A DNA stretch of 55,333 nt from Candidatus Geothermarchaeota archaeon (GTDB taxonomy: Archaea; Thermoproteota; Nitrososphaeria; Geothermarchaeales; JDFR-13), in contig WAJV01000034.1 in NCBI GenBank assembly GCA_015523725.1, positions 1-55,333 on the forward strand, in the 5' to 3' direction. The position numbers and the translations under genes are program-made. Shown in pieces: positions 1 to 9,935 of this stretch. Numbering within the stretch: position 1 is the stretch's first letter; every line of letters starts with the position of its first letter. Below the pieces are notes generated by a model. That model did no database searches and was not told where the DNA came from. It worked only from the letters and a program-made list of their open reading frames with translations.

Positions 1-125
1 AATTTTATGATTCTAAATGGTGTTTTACTATAGAAAGATTCCCATGTTTCTATTGCCCCTATCTTACTTCTCTGGATGATTCGTATCTTTAACTCCTTGG
101 AAAATAGTTCTATCCACTTGTCCAT
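1..125 (-). CDS. Partial hypothetical protein running off the left edge (MDKWIELFSKELKIRIIQRSKIGAIETWESF...)
   Basis: ATG at 125-123 opens a frame with no stop down to base 1. It is divergent from moaE across an AT-rich spacer. No family recognised. Confidence 0.4.
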   Translation of the reverse strand, partial: MDKWIELFSKELKIRIIQRSKIGAIETWESFYSKTPFRIIK

Positions 126-217
126 CGTATTTTCACGTAATTATATATATGGATTGGTTAGCCTTATTTAGGCATATATCTTATTTCTGATATTTGAGTT
201 GGCTTATGGTGGTTTTT

Positions 218-637
218 ATGGTAAGCGAAGTGGTTGATAAGGAGGAGTGGGATCTGAATAGGTTTTTAGCTGAATTTATTAGTAGGAATAGTGATGGTCG
301 TTCAGGAGCTATCAATATCTTTGTAGGCATAGTTAAGGAAGGTGGTAGGGAGGGTAGGGTAGCTAATCTATACCTGGAAGCATATAAGGATGTGGCTACT
401 GAGGAGCTTCAGAAGATATCTAATGAGGTTAGGGATAAATATGGTTTGAATGAGGTTGAGATTAAGCATGCTATTGGCATGTTTGAGGTTGGAGAGCCAA
501 TTGTTTATGTAGCTATAGCTGCCCCTAGTAGGAGGAATATGTATGATGCTATGCGTGAGGCTATTGAGGGATATAAAAGTCGGCCACCGATATTTAAGAA
601 GGAGATATATGTGAATGGAAGTAGTAAGTGGGTATGA
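218..637 (+). CDS. moaE: Molybdopterin synthase catalytic subunit MoaE
   Basis: GAINIFVGIVK, LYLEAY, H-x-IG-x-F-x-VGE and PPIFKKE-x-Y...W are MoaE motifs. ATG 218 behind GGTGG is preferred over TTG 194. Confidence 0.9.
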   Translation: MVSEVVDKEEWDLNRFLAEFISRNSDGRSGAINIFVGIVKEGGREGRVANLYLEAYKDVATEELQKISNEVRDKYGLNEVEIKHAIGMFEVGEPIVYVAIAAPSRRNMYDAMREAIEGYKSRPPIFKKEIYVNGSSKWV

Positions 638-670
638 ATTATTGGTAGATTTAAAAAATATATTTATCTA

Positions 671-682
671 TTTACATGTAAA
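671..682. promoter_or_regulatory. Perfect 12-bp palindrome TTTACATGTAAA upstream of the oxidoreductase operon; candidate operator
   Basis: Seen in sequence. The ACATGT core recurs at 733-738 in the same intergenic region. Confidence 0.3.
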
Positions 683-782
683 AAGTTTAATTTTATAATT
701 CTTAGTATATTCAATGTAATATCTATATTTAAACATGTCTATATAACTTACGTTTGCGATAGTAATTGGTGGTGAGAACCTG

Positions 783-1346
783 TTGACGTTTTCTATGGAG
801 ATTAGGTGGCATGGTAGAGGGGGGCATGGAATCGTCTCTGCATCTAATCTCTTATGTGAGATGGCTATGCGGAAAGGTTATTATGGTATCTCTATACCCA
901 TATTTGGTGCTGAGAGGAGGGGGGCTCCGACGAAGGTATATACAAGGATAAGTAGCCGCCCGATTTATAAGAGGAGTGAGATTAAGAATCCAGATATGGT
1001 AGTCATTACCGACGCTACATTACTTCATATCGTTGATCCATTGAATGGATTGAAGAAAGGTGGCTATGTCGTGATTAATAGTCATAGGTTAGGTGAAGAT
1101 GATATGAGTCTATTAAGTCAGTATAATGTGATTCCTATTAATGCGGTTGATATTGCGCTCAAGGCTGACTTGAGGGTCGGTGGTATACCGGTTGTAACTA
1201 TACCTCTATTGGGTGGTATATTGAAGGTTATCGGTATTATTGACTTGGATACCGCTGTCTCAGTTATTCGCGAGAAGTGGGAAGGCGAGTTGGGTGAGAA
1301 GAATGTTAAGGCTCTTGAGATGGCTATGGAGGTGATTAAGGCTTGA
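783..1346 (+). CDS. porC: Pyruvate/2-oxoacid:ferredoxin oxidoreductase gamma subunit
   Basis: EIRWHGRGGHG and FGAERRGAP motifs; first gene of a gamma-delta-alpha-beta operon. Confidence 0.92.
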   Translation: MTFSMEIRWHGRGGHGIVSASNLLCEMAMRKGYYGISIPIFGAERRGAPTKVYTRISSRPIYKRSEIKNPDMVVITDATLLHIVDPLNGLKKGGYVVINSHRLGEDDMSLLSQYNVIPINAVDIALKADLRVGGIPVVTIPLLGGILKVIGIIDLDTAVSVIREKWEGELGEKNVKALEMAMEVIKA

Positions 1347-1600
1347 GTAAAGTTCTATATCCTATATCAAAGCCGGGGCCAGGTGCGGTTGGTAAGACGT
1401 CCACCTGGAGGTGGCAAAAACCTGTTATTGATTTGAATAAATGTACTAAATGTGGGCTTTGTTGGTTATATTGTCCGGAGCCTGCGTTCGATATTGATGC
1501 GGAGGGTTATCCAGTTGTAAAGTATGATTGGTGTAAAGGTTGTGGGATATGTTATGAAGAATGTCCAGTTGATGCGATTGAGATGGTGAGTGAGGAATGA
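1343..1600 (+). CDS. porD: Pyruvate/2-oxoacid:ferredoxin oxidoreductase delta subunit (2x[4Fe-4S])
   Basis: TWR..KP, CTKCGLCWLYCP and CKGCGICYEECP. Confidence 0.93.
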   Translation: MSKVLYPISKPGPGAVGKTSTWRWQKPVIDLNKCTKCGLCWLYCPEPAFDIDAEGYPVVKYDWCKGCGICYEECPVDAIEMVSEE

Positions 1601-2787
1601 GTATTACATCTAGAGTTAAAAAGGTTTTGACGGGTAATCATGCCACTGCATATGCGGTTATGCAGGCTAGGGTCGATGTAATACCTGCGTACCCAATTAC
1701 TCCGCAGACCACGATCGTTGAGAAGTTAGATGAATTCATTGAGAATGGTTTGTTGGATGCCTCAATGATAAGGGTCGAGTCAGAACATTCTGCTATGGCC
1801 GCTGCCATCGGCGCATCCGCCGCTGGAGCCAGGACCTATACAGCTACCAGTAGCCATGGATTACTATATATGTATGAAAACTTATGGTGGGCTGCTAATG
1901 CTAGGCTGCCTATAGTGGCGACTTTCGTTACTAGGGCGATTGGGCCTCCATGGAATATATGGAGTGATCATCAGGATATATTCACATTGAGGGATACTGG
2001 CTGGATATTATTCATGGCGAAGAATGCACAAGAGGCGTATGATTTGACGATTCAGGCATTTAAGATTGCTGAGAATCCGAACATTAGGTTACCCGTCGGA
2101 GTTGGATATGATGGTTTCTACACTAGCCATACATCTGAACCTGTAGAGATGCTTTCTCAGGATGAGGTTGATTCCTTCTTACCTGACAAGAGGGCAATAA
2201 AGCCACTATTAGATCCGGAGCATCCATATACTATTGGTAACCTGCCTGATGCATCATTTAATTTCTTAATAAGGAAGAATATGTGGAGTTCTATGGAGTC
2301 TAGTTTAGATTATATACGGAAAGTCGGGTACGAATATTACCTACTTACTGGTAGGAATTATGGAGACCTTGTTGATAAATATAGGACTGATGACGCTGAG
2401 ACCATTTTTGTATCAATTGGTGCTATGGCTAATGAGGGTATTGTTGCTGTAGATAAGCTAAGAGCGAGGGGTGTTAAGGTTGGGCATATGGCGCTAAGGC
2501 TTCTTAGACCATTCCCTACAGCCGAGGTTTTAGATGTACTTGATGGGGCTGATAGGGTTATAGTGTTTAGTAGGGCTTTATCTATGGGTAAGGGAGGAGT
2601 CTTATTCACGGAGTTAGCTGACTTAGCCTACAGATATCATTTGGATATTGATGTTTATGATGTGGTTGTTGGTTTGTCCGGGGTTGAGGTAGTGGATAAT
2701 GATTTTATAAAGATATTTAGGGATGTCTCGGAGGGTGTTTTTGATAATAAGGAGACTATTTTCTTGTTGGGTGGTAAATATGTCTAA
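1597..2787 (+). CDS. porA: Pyruvate/2-oxoacid:ferredoxin oxidoreductase alpha subunit
   Basis: GNHA, AYPITPQT, ESEHSA and TATSSHG motifs. Confidence 0.93.
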   Translation: MSITSRVKKVLTGNHATAYAVMQARVDVIPAYPITPQTTIVEKLDEFIENGLLDASMIRVESEHSAMAAAIGASAAGARTYTATSSHGLLYMYENLWWAANARLPIVATFVTRAIGPPWNIWSDHQDIFTLRDTGWILFMAKNAQEAYDLTIQAFKIAENPNIRLPVGVGYDGFYTSHTSEPVEMLSQDEVDSFLPDKRAIKPLLDPEHPYTIGNLPDASFNFLIRKNMWSSMESSLDYIRKVGYEYYLLTGRNYGDLVDKYRTDDAETIFVSIGAMANEGIVAVDKLRARGVKVGHMALRLLRPFPTAEVLDVLDGADRVIVFSRALSMGKGGVLFTELADLAYRYHLDIDVYDVVVGLSGVEVVDNDFIKIFRDVSEGVFDNKETIFLLGGKYV

Positions 2788-3688
2788 ACCTAAATTAGTA
2801 TCTATAATTGGAGAACAGGAGTATTATTATCCTGGTCATGCTGCTTGCCAGGGATGTGGTGCATCTATTGGCTTAAGGCATTTACTGAAGGCTATAGGCC
2901 CGAACTCCATTTTAGCTGTTCCTGCTGGCTGCACTAGCATAATCGCTGGGAGGGCTAATTTATCTACATTCGGCATACCCTTTATACATACAGCCTTTGC
3001 CTCTGCTTCTGCGGTAGCGTCTGGGATAGTTGAGGCTTTGGATCGGTTGGGGAAGAAGGATGTTAATGTTGTTGTTTGGGCTGGTGATGGAGGGACCTAC
3101 GATATTGGCTTCGCTAGTCTGAGTGGAGCTGCTGAGCGTGGTCATAATATATTGTATGTTTTGGATGATAATGAGGCTTACATGAATACAGGTATTCAGA
3201 GGAGCGGCGCCACTCCAAGGGGGGCTTGGACAACTACTACTATTAAAGGAAAGAAGGAAGGTAAGAAGGATATTATAGACATTATGTTGGCTCATAATAT
3301 TCCATATTTAGCTACTGCGAGCGTAGCTTATCCGCTGGATTTTCATAGGAAAGTTAAGAAGGCCCTCTCAATAAAGGGATTTAAATTCATTCATTTAATG
3401 GCTCCGTGTCCACCTGGATGGAGATTCGACATGAATCTTACTGTTGAGGTTGCTAGGAAGGCTGTGTTAAGCGGTGTTTGGATACTTATGGAGATTGAGA
3501 ATGGTAGGTTGAAACTTAATCCACCGAGTAACACTATGCTTGAGAAGCGTAGGCTTCCTGTGGAGGAGTATATAAAGATGCAGGGTAGATTTAGATATTT
3601 AAAGGGCGAGTTGCTTGAGGAGTTTAAGAGAGACGTGGAGATGAACTGGGAGCGTGTAAAAAAGATTTTGGCGGAGCAGAGTCGTTAA
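2780..3688 (+). CDS. porB: Pyruvate/2-oxoacid:ferredoxin oxidoreductase beta subunit (TPP-binding)
   Basis: GHAACQGCG, GDGGTYDIG, DNEAYMNTGIQRS and PCPPGW motifs. ATG 2780 overlaps the porA end. Confidence 0.93.
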   Translation: MSKPKLVSIIGEQEYYYPGHAACQGCGASIGLRHLLKAIGPNSILAVPAGCTSIIAGRANLSTFGIPFIHTAFASASAVASGIVEALDRLGKKDVNVVVWAGDGGTYDIGFASLSGAAERGHNILYVLDDNEAYMNTGIQRSGATPRGAWTTTTIKGKKEGKKDIIDIMLAHNIPYLATASVAYPLDFHRKVKKALSIKGFKFIHLMAPCPPGWRFDMNLTVEVARKAVLSGVWILMEIENGRLKLNPPSNTMLEKRRLPVEEYIKMQGRFRYLKGELLEEFKRDVEMNWERVKKILAEQSR

Positions 3689-3778
3689 CATATATATTAA
3701 CTTTATACAATGATTATCCATACTAGATATATAAGATATAAATAATTTATAATATGGCTTTGACGAGATATTATCTCA

Positions 3779-4660
3779 TTGAGAGTCATGAATATATTTG
3801 AGACTATAAAAACTTACTGGATATTGACTAAGCCTAGGCTGTGGCTTCTTCTATTGTATACTGGAGTGGCTGGGTATGTAATGGGTTCAGGTGGTAGAAT
3901 CGATATTTGGAAATTTTTAGTATTAGTCCTAGGCCTTTATTTTGGTACTGCTGGGGCCAATACAGTTACGAGTTATATAGATCGGGATTTGGATTATGTG
4001 ATGGAGCGTACTAAGAATAGGCCTCTTCCACGGGGGTTAATTAGACCCCCGATAAAGGCTCTATATTTTGGTGGTGTATATGCCATATTATCATTAATTT
4101 TATCCATGTATCTAGGGTGGATCCCATTTTTATTTATGGTATTCGGTTTATTTGATAATATAGTAGTCTATAGTTATTTGACTAAGCGGCGAACGTATTG
4201 GAATATAATTTTAGGGAGTTTTAGTGGGGGGGCTCCTACTGTCATAGGGTATGCGGCTGCTACTGGGGTTGTTGATTTGACGGCTATTCTGTGGGCGGGC
4301 CTCATTGTTATATGGACACCTATTCATATATGGAGCTTAGCTCTATTCTATCGGGATGATTATCGGAGGGCTGGTGTTCCGATGCTTCCTGTTGTTAAGA
4401 GTAAGGATGTTGCGTTCAAGTGTATTGCTGCATCAGCTTTAATATTGTTTGCTTTCTCGATATTATTACCTTTTTCAGATAGTAGGTTATATAATCCAAT
4501 ATATTTTATTATCATCAATGTAATGAATGTTGGTATACTTTACTATTCTATTAAAATGTTTTTTGTCGATGACGATAGGTATGCTTGGAAGTTGTTTAAA
4601 TTGACCAGTCCATATTTAGGTGTTATTTTTACATTGGGAATGATATTGTCAATTTACTAA
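3779..4660 (+). CDS. ctaB: Protoheme IX prenyltransferase (heme o synthase)
   Basis: LTKPR, DRDLD..MERT..RPLP.G, WTPIH and DY..AGVPMLP; multi-pass membrane protein. Confidence 0.92.
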   Translation: MRVMNIFETIKTYWILTKPRLWLLLLYTGVAGYVMGSGGRIDIWKFLVLVLGLYFGTAGANTVTSYIDRDLDYVMERTKNRPLPRGLIRPPIKALYFGGVYAILSLILSMYLGWIPFLFMVFGLFDNIVVYSYLTKRRTYWNIILGSFSGGAPTVIGYAAATGVVDLTAILWAGLIVIWTPIHIWSLALFYRDDYRRAGVPMLPVVKSKDVAFKCIAASALILFAFSILLPFSDSRLYNPIYFIIINVMNVGILYYSIKMFFVDDDRYAWKLFKLTSPYLGVIFTLGMILSIY

Positions 4661-6327
4661 TCTAAACTTCTTTCAGCTTCTTTAGTTAGTAATATTTTCA
4701 TGGCTTTATCTAGTAATAGTATTTTTATGAAGCTGATGGGTAGTGCGGAGCTTCTCATAAATTCATTATTAAACCATCGGTCGCTGTAGTTTCTCTTGAG
4801 GAACTCTTTCATCGCATTCCTTAGCCCCCATATTGATTTAAATCCTATATATGAGGATAGTGATAATGTTGGGGATATAACTATCTTGAGTATGTGTGCA
4901 ACTGCCTCGGGTCTACTCATATATCCTTCTTCTGTAAGTTTTTTTAGTGCGTCGATGTGCTTCATCTCCCCTGTATTTACTTTTATATCTAGGTAGGCTA
5001 GTAGAGCATTTCTGTATAGATTTAGTTGACGTATAAAGTTGTCTTTCTTACTTTTAAGGAAATCATATTCCGCCATTAGGAAGTCTGAGTATATGGACCA
5101 TCCCTCATATACTTCTGGTATATCTAACATTAGCCTTACACGGTTGTTATTTAGAATTGTGTTGGTGAATATAACATGGTACCCTGGATATATTATTTGT
5201 AGTATTCTGTGTAATGCGAAATATGCGTTATGTAGTTTTAGTAGCTCTGGTTCATCACTTAAGTTCACATATACTTCGACGACTTTTATCTCACCTGCTT
5301 GTTTGAAGGATGGAAAGTAGTATATTTCTGGTAGGGTCTCTTTAATCATTGTCGGTATAGGCACTATTTCTACGTCGACATCGGGTAAATCAATTATCTT
5401 CTTCTCTTTAATTATTTTCTTAACTTCGAGTAGTCCATGATTATATAGGGATAGTGCTACTGCAGCAGTCCTTGGATATTCATTCATTATATCGTCCAAC
5501 ACTTTATTTATATTCTTTTCTTTGTTTAGTTCACCAGCTATCTTCTGGAGTTGATTATGGTATGTTTTTAAATCTCTCTGTATTTCCTCCTCAAGCTCAT
5601 CTATATTATCCTCCACCCTCCTTAGTCTAAGGAGCTTTTGATATAATTGTTTCCCCATTGTGAAGTCACGAATCTCCTTCTCTCTTAACTTTTGTAGCCA
5701 TTCGATATAGGCCTCGATAGAGTTTACGGCTGATTCGAAGACTTTTTTCTTATTTCCGACTTCGCTTGAGATCGCTTCTTTCGTAATGAAGTCATTATAT
5801 ATTCCTTTTATTAATATCATTAAGTTTTGGCTTGATAGTATACCTGCATCTATAAACAATTGGACAGGGGTCTCCAACCTATTTTTGGATTTTTCTAGGA
5901 AACTGGGCAGCTCCTCTAGTTTACCTAATACATATTTGAACTTCTCTTTATCAGATATATCCCTCTTTAGATATACATTTATAATCATGTTGAAGGCTAT
6001 GTCGGGTGCTTCTGGATACATCTTCCATATGGGCCATTCATCTATGAAGAAGAGCCTTAGTTTTAAGTAGTCTTTGAATGCTAGATAGTCAAGTTTTTTA
6101 TCTATGGGTAATTCATTTATATTTATATCTTTAAGTTTCTCCAGCTGTATTTGTAAAAGCCCTCTCTCAATTGGTATCGTATTCTTGGATAGATCTGGTA
6201 ATGGTTTGTCTAAATAACTTAGACCAATATTCATCGATTGTTCTGGATGTAGCTCCACTAATTTTGTATACGTCTCCTTAACGATCTCTTCAAATTTATT
6301 TATTTCAGTCATTCCATTTACACTCAA
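4657..6327 (-). CDS. DUF885-family protein with degenerate metal-binding motif
   Basis: YPG-x-H, EGW-x-x-Y and P...LSSYIG pattern and length fit DUF885. The HE of the usual HExxPGH motif is absent. Confidence 0.7.
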   Translation of the reverse strand: MSVNGMTEINKFEEIVKETYTKLVELHPEQSMNIGLSYLDKPLPDLSKNTIPIERGLLQIQLEKLKDININELPIDKKLDYLAFKDYLKLRLFFIDEWPIWKMYPEAPDIAFNMIINVYLKRDISDKEKFKYVLGKLEELPSFLEKSKNRLETPVQLFIDAGILSSQNLMILIKGIYNDFITKEAISSEVGNKKKVFESAVNSIEAYIEWLQKLREKEIRDFTMGKQLYQKLLRLRRVEDNIDELEEEIQRDLKTYHNQLQKIAGELNKEKNINKVLDDIMNEYPRTAAVALSLYNHGLLEVKKIIKEKKIIDLPDVDVEIVPIPTMIKETLPEIYYFPSFKQAGEIKVVEVYVNLSDEPELLKLHNAYFALHRILQIIYPGYHVIFTNTILNNNRVRLMLDIPEVYEGWSIYSDFLMAEYDFLKSKKDNFIRQLNLYRNALLAYLDIKVNTGEMKHIDALKKLTEEGYMSRPEAVAHILKIVISPTLSLSSYIGFKSIWGLRNAMKEFLKRNYSDRWFNNEFMRSSALPISFIKILLLDKAMKILLTKEAERSLD

Positions 6328-6415
6328 AACTAATTTGATATTTATATACTATTTTATGTTAACTAATTAAAGATTCTGCCAGTATCTGTTATAATTAATT
6401 AGGTTTTTGTTGGTG

Positions 6416-6924
6416 TTAAGGCCGTTTCCATGCGAAAGCCGTTAGTTCATTCTTATGTCCTCTCATAAATTCACTTAAATAGATTCTAATTTTCTTCAAT
6501 GGACCTGGATTCCTAGTATATCTAGTCGACTCATATATTTTTATTCTCTTGAAACCCGCTCTATTAAGTAGATTACTCAATGTATATTCATTCCATGAAT
6601 ATATGTGGTCATGCGACTCCCCACTTAATACATATCTAGCATTTGGAACCTTTATCATTATGAAATATTTAACGACTTTATATACTTCTCGTAATGCCTT
6701 CAATGGGTTTTCAAGATGCTCGAGAATATGGAATAAAAGTGCTCCATCGTAGGTATCTGGAGGGACGTGTTTACTTATCTCGTGTACATCGCAAACAATA
6801 TCGACCCATGGATTATCCACTATGTCTACGTTTACTAATTAGAATTTATTTATAGTTGTATCTCTCAGTATATGGTGTTTGGTTGGTCGAATCCACATCC
6901 TATATTTAATATCCTGTTTTTCAC
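6416..6924 (-). pseudogene. Disrupted class I SAM-dependent methyltransferase (Methyltransf_11-like)
   Basis: The ORF 6416-6820 has FHILEHLENP..AL. The missing SAM motif (VKNRILNIGCG) lies upstream from GTG 6924 in another frame, and an in-frame TAA precedes LVNVDIVDNPW. Confidence 0.75.
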
Positions 6925-7235
6925 TAAACACCTTAGTTATTAAGTCATAATTTATCTAACTATTAATTACTAATTCTATATAGTGTAAATTATATTAATT
7001 GGGGCTTATTTTATCTATTAATCCTGTTGTTTAAACTTTTCTGGAAAGAAATATTAATTATTATTATTGCTTAATTATTCCGTTAATCTTATCTAGATGG
7101 TATAGTGCTCCTGCATTTTTCTGTATATATAAATGAATATATATTTAATTAATTTAGCTGGGATTATTTTTAATTTAATCCCGTGGCATAGAGAGGTGAA
7201 CACGGATTTCAAGGAGTTTATCAGAGCTAAATATT

Positions 7236-7643
7236 ATGAGGAGGGAGGCTTTAGTAACCTATATAATTAATAAATTTTTTTTAGCTAGGGGTTTTAGATG
7301 GTGTAATGATCTAGTTATTGGGAGTGGTTACCGCCTAAATATTTGTGATGAATCTATCATTGTAATATCTTTTGACTTAGAATATGCCAGTGATTTCAGG
7401 GATGATGCATATACGTGGTGCTATGTTGATTTTTTTATTAAAGAGCCAGGGCTAGATATAGATGATGAATTGAAGACTAGTTTTACTAGGTTTATTGATG
7501 CAGATTCTAGAAAGATTTTTTGGAGGCATAGAGAGCTTGTTCGGATAATCGATATGGATAGGGCGGTTGAGTATATTATGAGGCTTAGGAATGAACTTTT
7601 GGATTTACTTAGGGAGCATGGTATAGATTCATCATCTCCATAG
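7236..7643 (+). CDS. Hypothetical protein, possibly a 5'-disrupted remnant
   Basis: 135-aa ORF with plausible composition. A short ORF (7196-7270) in another frame overlaps its start and a strong GAGGTGA RBS-like motif. No family recognised. Confidence 0.5.
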   Translation: MRREALVTYIINKFFLARGFRWCNDLVIGSGYRLNICDESIIVISFDLEYASDFRDDAYTWCYVDFFIKEPGLDIDDELKTSFTRFIDADSRKIFWRHRELVRIIDMDRAVEYIMRLRNELLDLLREHGIDSSSP

Positions 7644-9323
7644 AGGGGGGATGTCATCCTTATGGGATATAATGTCTACTAATATTGGTTTATTACTTTT
7701 TACTACGTCTCTTACGGCGTCTTCAAGTTTATCGGAATTATTTACTTGAATAGAATCTATTCCCATGGCCTCCGCAATTTTTGCAAAATTTACATATCCT
7801 ATATATGTCTCTATTTCTTTATCGAAGTCTCTCTTACTTAAATAACCTAATATTCCATAACTACTATCGTTTATGACAAATATCTTTGCTTTAATATCAT
7901 GGTAGCTCATAGTGTTTAGCTCCATTAAGCTCATGAGTAAAGAACCGTCCCCCGTTATAGATATAACCTCTTTATTCGGTGTAGCTACTTTGGCCCCTAA
8001 TGCAGCTGCAAATGAATATCCTAGACTCCCGAAACCAGATGCATATAAATATCTAACATTATTCATTAATCCAATTATGTCCCTAGCCCAACTCTCGTTT
8101 CCCCCTACATCCGTTGTTACTATGGCTTCTCCTGGAAGATATTTGCTAATCATATATATGGCATAACCCATATGTATAGGCTTTCTATTGGAATTTGTTA
8201 ATACTTCTTCAATTATCTTCTCTTTAAACTCATTTATCATATCTCTATAGTCTGTGTTGAAGGGTTTCGATTCCAATCCCTGTTCAATTAATATATCTAT
8301 AATTTCATATCTCGGGGAATAGATATTTACAATCGTTTTACCGCTTTTCTCAGAATATTCTATTCTAGATTCATTCTCATAAAGTATTTCATCTAGTTCG
8401 CCTCTCACGTATAGACTTGGTAATATATGGATAACTGTTTCCGCAGATTTAGCATATTTAATTAAGGATTCTGAGTCGACTGAGTCGGGTCTTACTCCAA
8501 TCAATAACAAGGTATCAGCCTCCTCAAGAACATATCTAGCTGATTTTGCTATAGCGAATCTTTTTTCATAGTATCCAGCGAAATAGGGTGATGTTTGGGG
8601 AAGCGATCCAAGTGAGACCATGCTAGTAATGAATGGACTCTTTAAATCTCTTATTAATTGAGCTATTTTATCTATAGTATCTAAATACCAAGCCTCGTCA
8701 CCTAACACTATAGCTATCTTACCTTTCAAGAATCTTTCTATTGTGGTATCCGGTATCTTGACGAAATATTTTTGAAAGTCTTCTATCTGTATACCCTTAT
8801 AGCTTACTTTACTTCCAAGCACGTCTCTCGGTATTGATATGTGCACCGGCCCCATTCTCCCGACTTTAGTGCATATTAAGCCTTTCTTAACATATTCCTC
8901 TACTTGTTTGGGGTCATCGACTACATATGAAAATTTTGTTAATGGATAGCTTATCCAGGGTAGTATATTAGCTTCATCTAGGCCATGGAAGTCATATCTT
9001 TCTCCCAAAGGAACGTCCCCCGATATTAGTAATACTGGACTGCTTGTCGTGAATGCTTGGCCAATCCCTGTTAAGGCATTTGTGGCACCTGGGCCAGCTG
9101 TTACTATAGCAACTCCAGGTTTGCCTGAGGCTCTGGAGTAGGCTTCCGCCATGAATGTTGAGGCCATTTCGTGTCTATTCACCACTGCTTTGATCGTCCC
9201 TCTTTCTTCAATTGACCTGAATACGTGGTAGATGTGTGTACCTGGAATGCCAAATACATTATTTACCCCTAAGTCTTCAAGCGATTCTACTATTATGTCT
9301 CCAATATCCAACATGATCACCAT
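7632..9323 (-). CDS. Thiamine-pyrophosphate-binding enzyme (acetolactate synthase large-subunit family)
   Basis: FGIPG, RHE..A.FMAEAY.R, GPGATN and GDGS...N TPP motifs. Confidence 0.88.
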   Translation of the reverse strand: MVIMLDIGDIIVESLEDLGVNNVFGIPGTHIYHVFRSIEERGTIKAVVNRHEMASTFMAEAYSRASGKPGVAIVTAGPGATNALTGIGQAFTTSSPVLLISGDVPLGERYDFHGLDEANILPWISYPLTKFSYVVDDPKQVEEYVKKGLICTKVGRMGPVHISIPRDVLGSKVSYKGIQIEDFQKYFVKIPDTTIERFLKGKIAIVLGDEAWYLDTIDKIAQLIRDLKSPFITSMVSLGSLPQTSPYFAGYYEKRFAIAKSARYVLEEADTLLLIGVRPDSVDSESLIKYAKSAETVIHILPSLYVRGELDEILYENESRIEYSEKSGKTIVNIYSPRYEIIDILIEQGLESKPFNTDYRDMINEFKEKIIEEVLTNSNRKPIHMGYAIYMISKYLPGEAIVTTDVGGNESWARDIIGLMNNVRYLYASGFGSLGYSFAAALGAKVATPNKEVISITGDGSLLMSLMELNTMSYHDIKAKIFVINDSSYGILGYLSKRDFDKEIETYIGYVNFAKIAEAMGIDSIQVNNSDKLEDAVRDVVKSNKPILVDIISHKDDIPPLWR

Positions 9324-9377
9324 ATGGTTTGAGATTGTCTTTAATATTAATTAGAGTATCTAGTTGAATTTATTTGT

Positions 9378-9935
9378 ATGGATGTATTTTCCTACCGTGG
9401 TAGACAAATCATTGTATTGAAGGGAGATATTACTGATGTTGAGGCCGATGCGATTGTTAATGCTGCCAATAGATTCTTAAAGCATGGAGGTGGAGTTGCT
9501 GCAGCTATTGTTAAAAAGGGAGGTTATATAATACAAAAGGAGAGTAATAAGATTGTTGCGGAGATGGGTCCGCTTGAGGTGGGTGAGGCTGTTGCGACCA
9601 CTGCGGGTAAACTTAAGGCTAAGAAGGTAATTCATACAGTTGGGCCTATGTATGGTGAGGGAAATGAAAGGGAGAAATTAATTAAGGCTGTTTATAATAG
9701 TTTGAGGTTGGCTGATTCAATGGGATTCGAGAGCATAGCCTTCCCTGCTATATCAACTGGAATATATAGGGTGCCTTTATCATTGGCCTCGAATGCCATC
9801 ATAGATGGGATAAAATTATTTATTGATGAGAATCCGGAGACGAGTATAAAAAAGATATTGCTAGTTCTTTATACTACTAGCGCTTATGATGTTTTTAGAG
9901 AGACTTCACGTAAGAAACTGGGAAAATCTATTTAA
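9378..9935 (+). CDS. Macrodomain protein (ADP-ribose binding/hydrolase, MacroD type)
   Basis: GDIT, DAIVNAAN..L.HGGGVA.AI, IHTVGP and AFPAISTGIY. Confidence 0.95.
   Translation: MDVFSYRGRQIIVLKGDITDVEADAIVNAANRFLKHGGGVAAAIVKKGGYIIQKESNKIVAEMGPLEVGEAVATTAGKLKAKKVIHTVGPMYGEGNEREKLIKAVYNSLRLADSMGFESIAFPAISTGIYRVPLSLASNAIIDGIKLFIDENPETSIKKILLVLYTTSAYDVFRETSRKKLGKSI

Noticed and set aside
7632-9323. Assigning ilvB to the TPP enzyme
   Set aside because: The middle domain is divergent and there are no ilvH/ilvC/ilvD neighbours, so the substrate cannot be supported.
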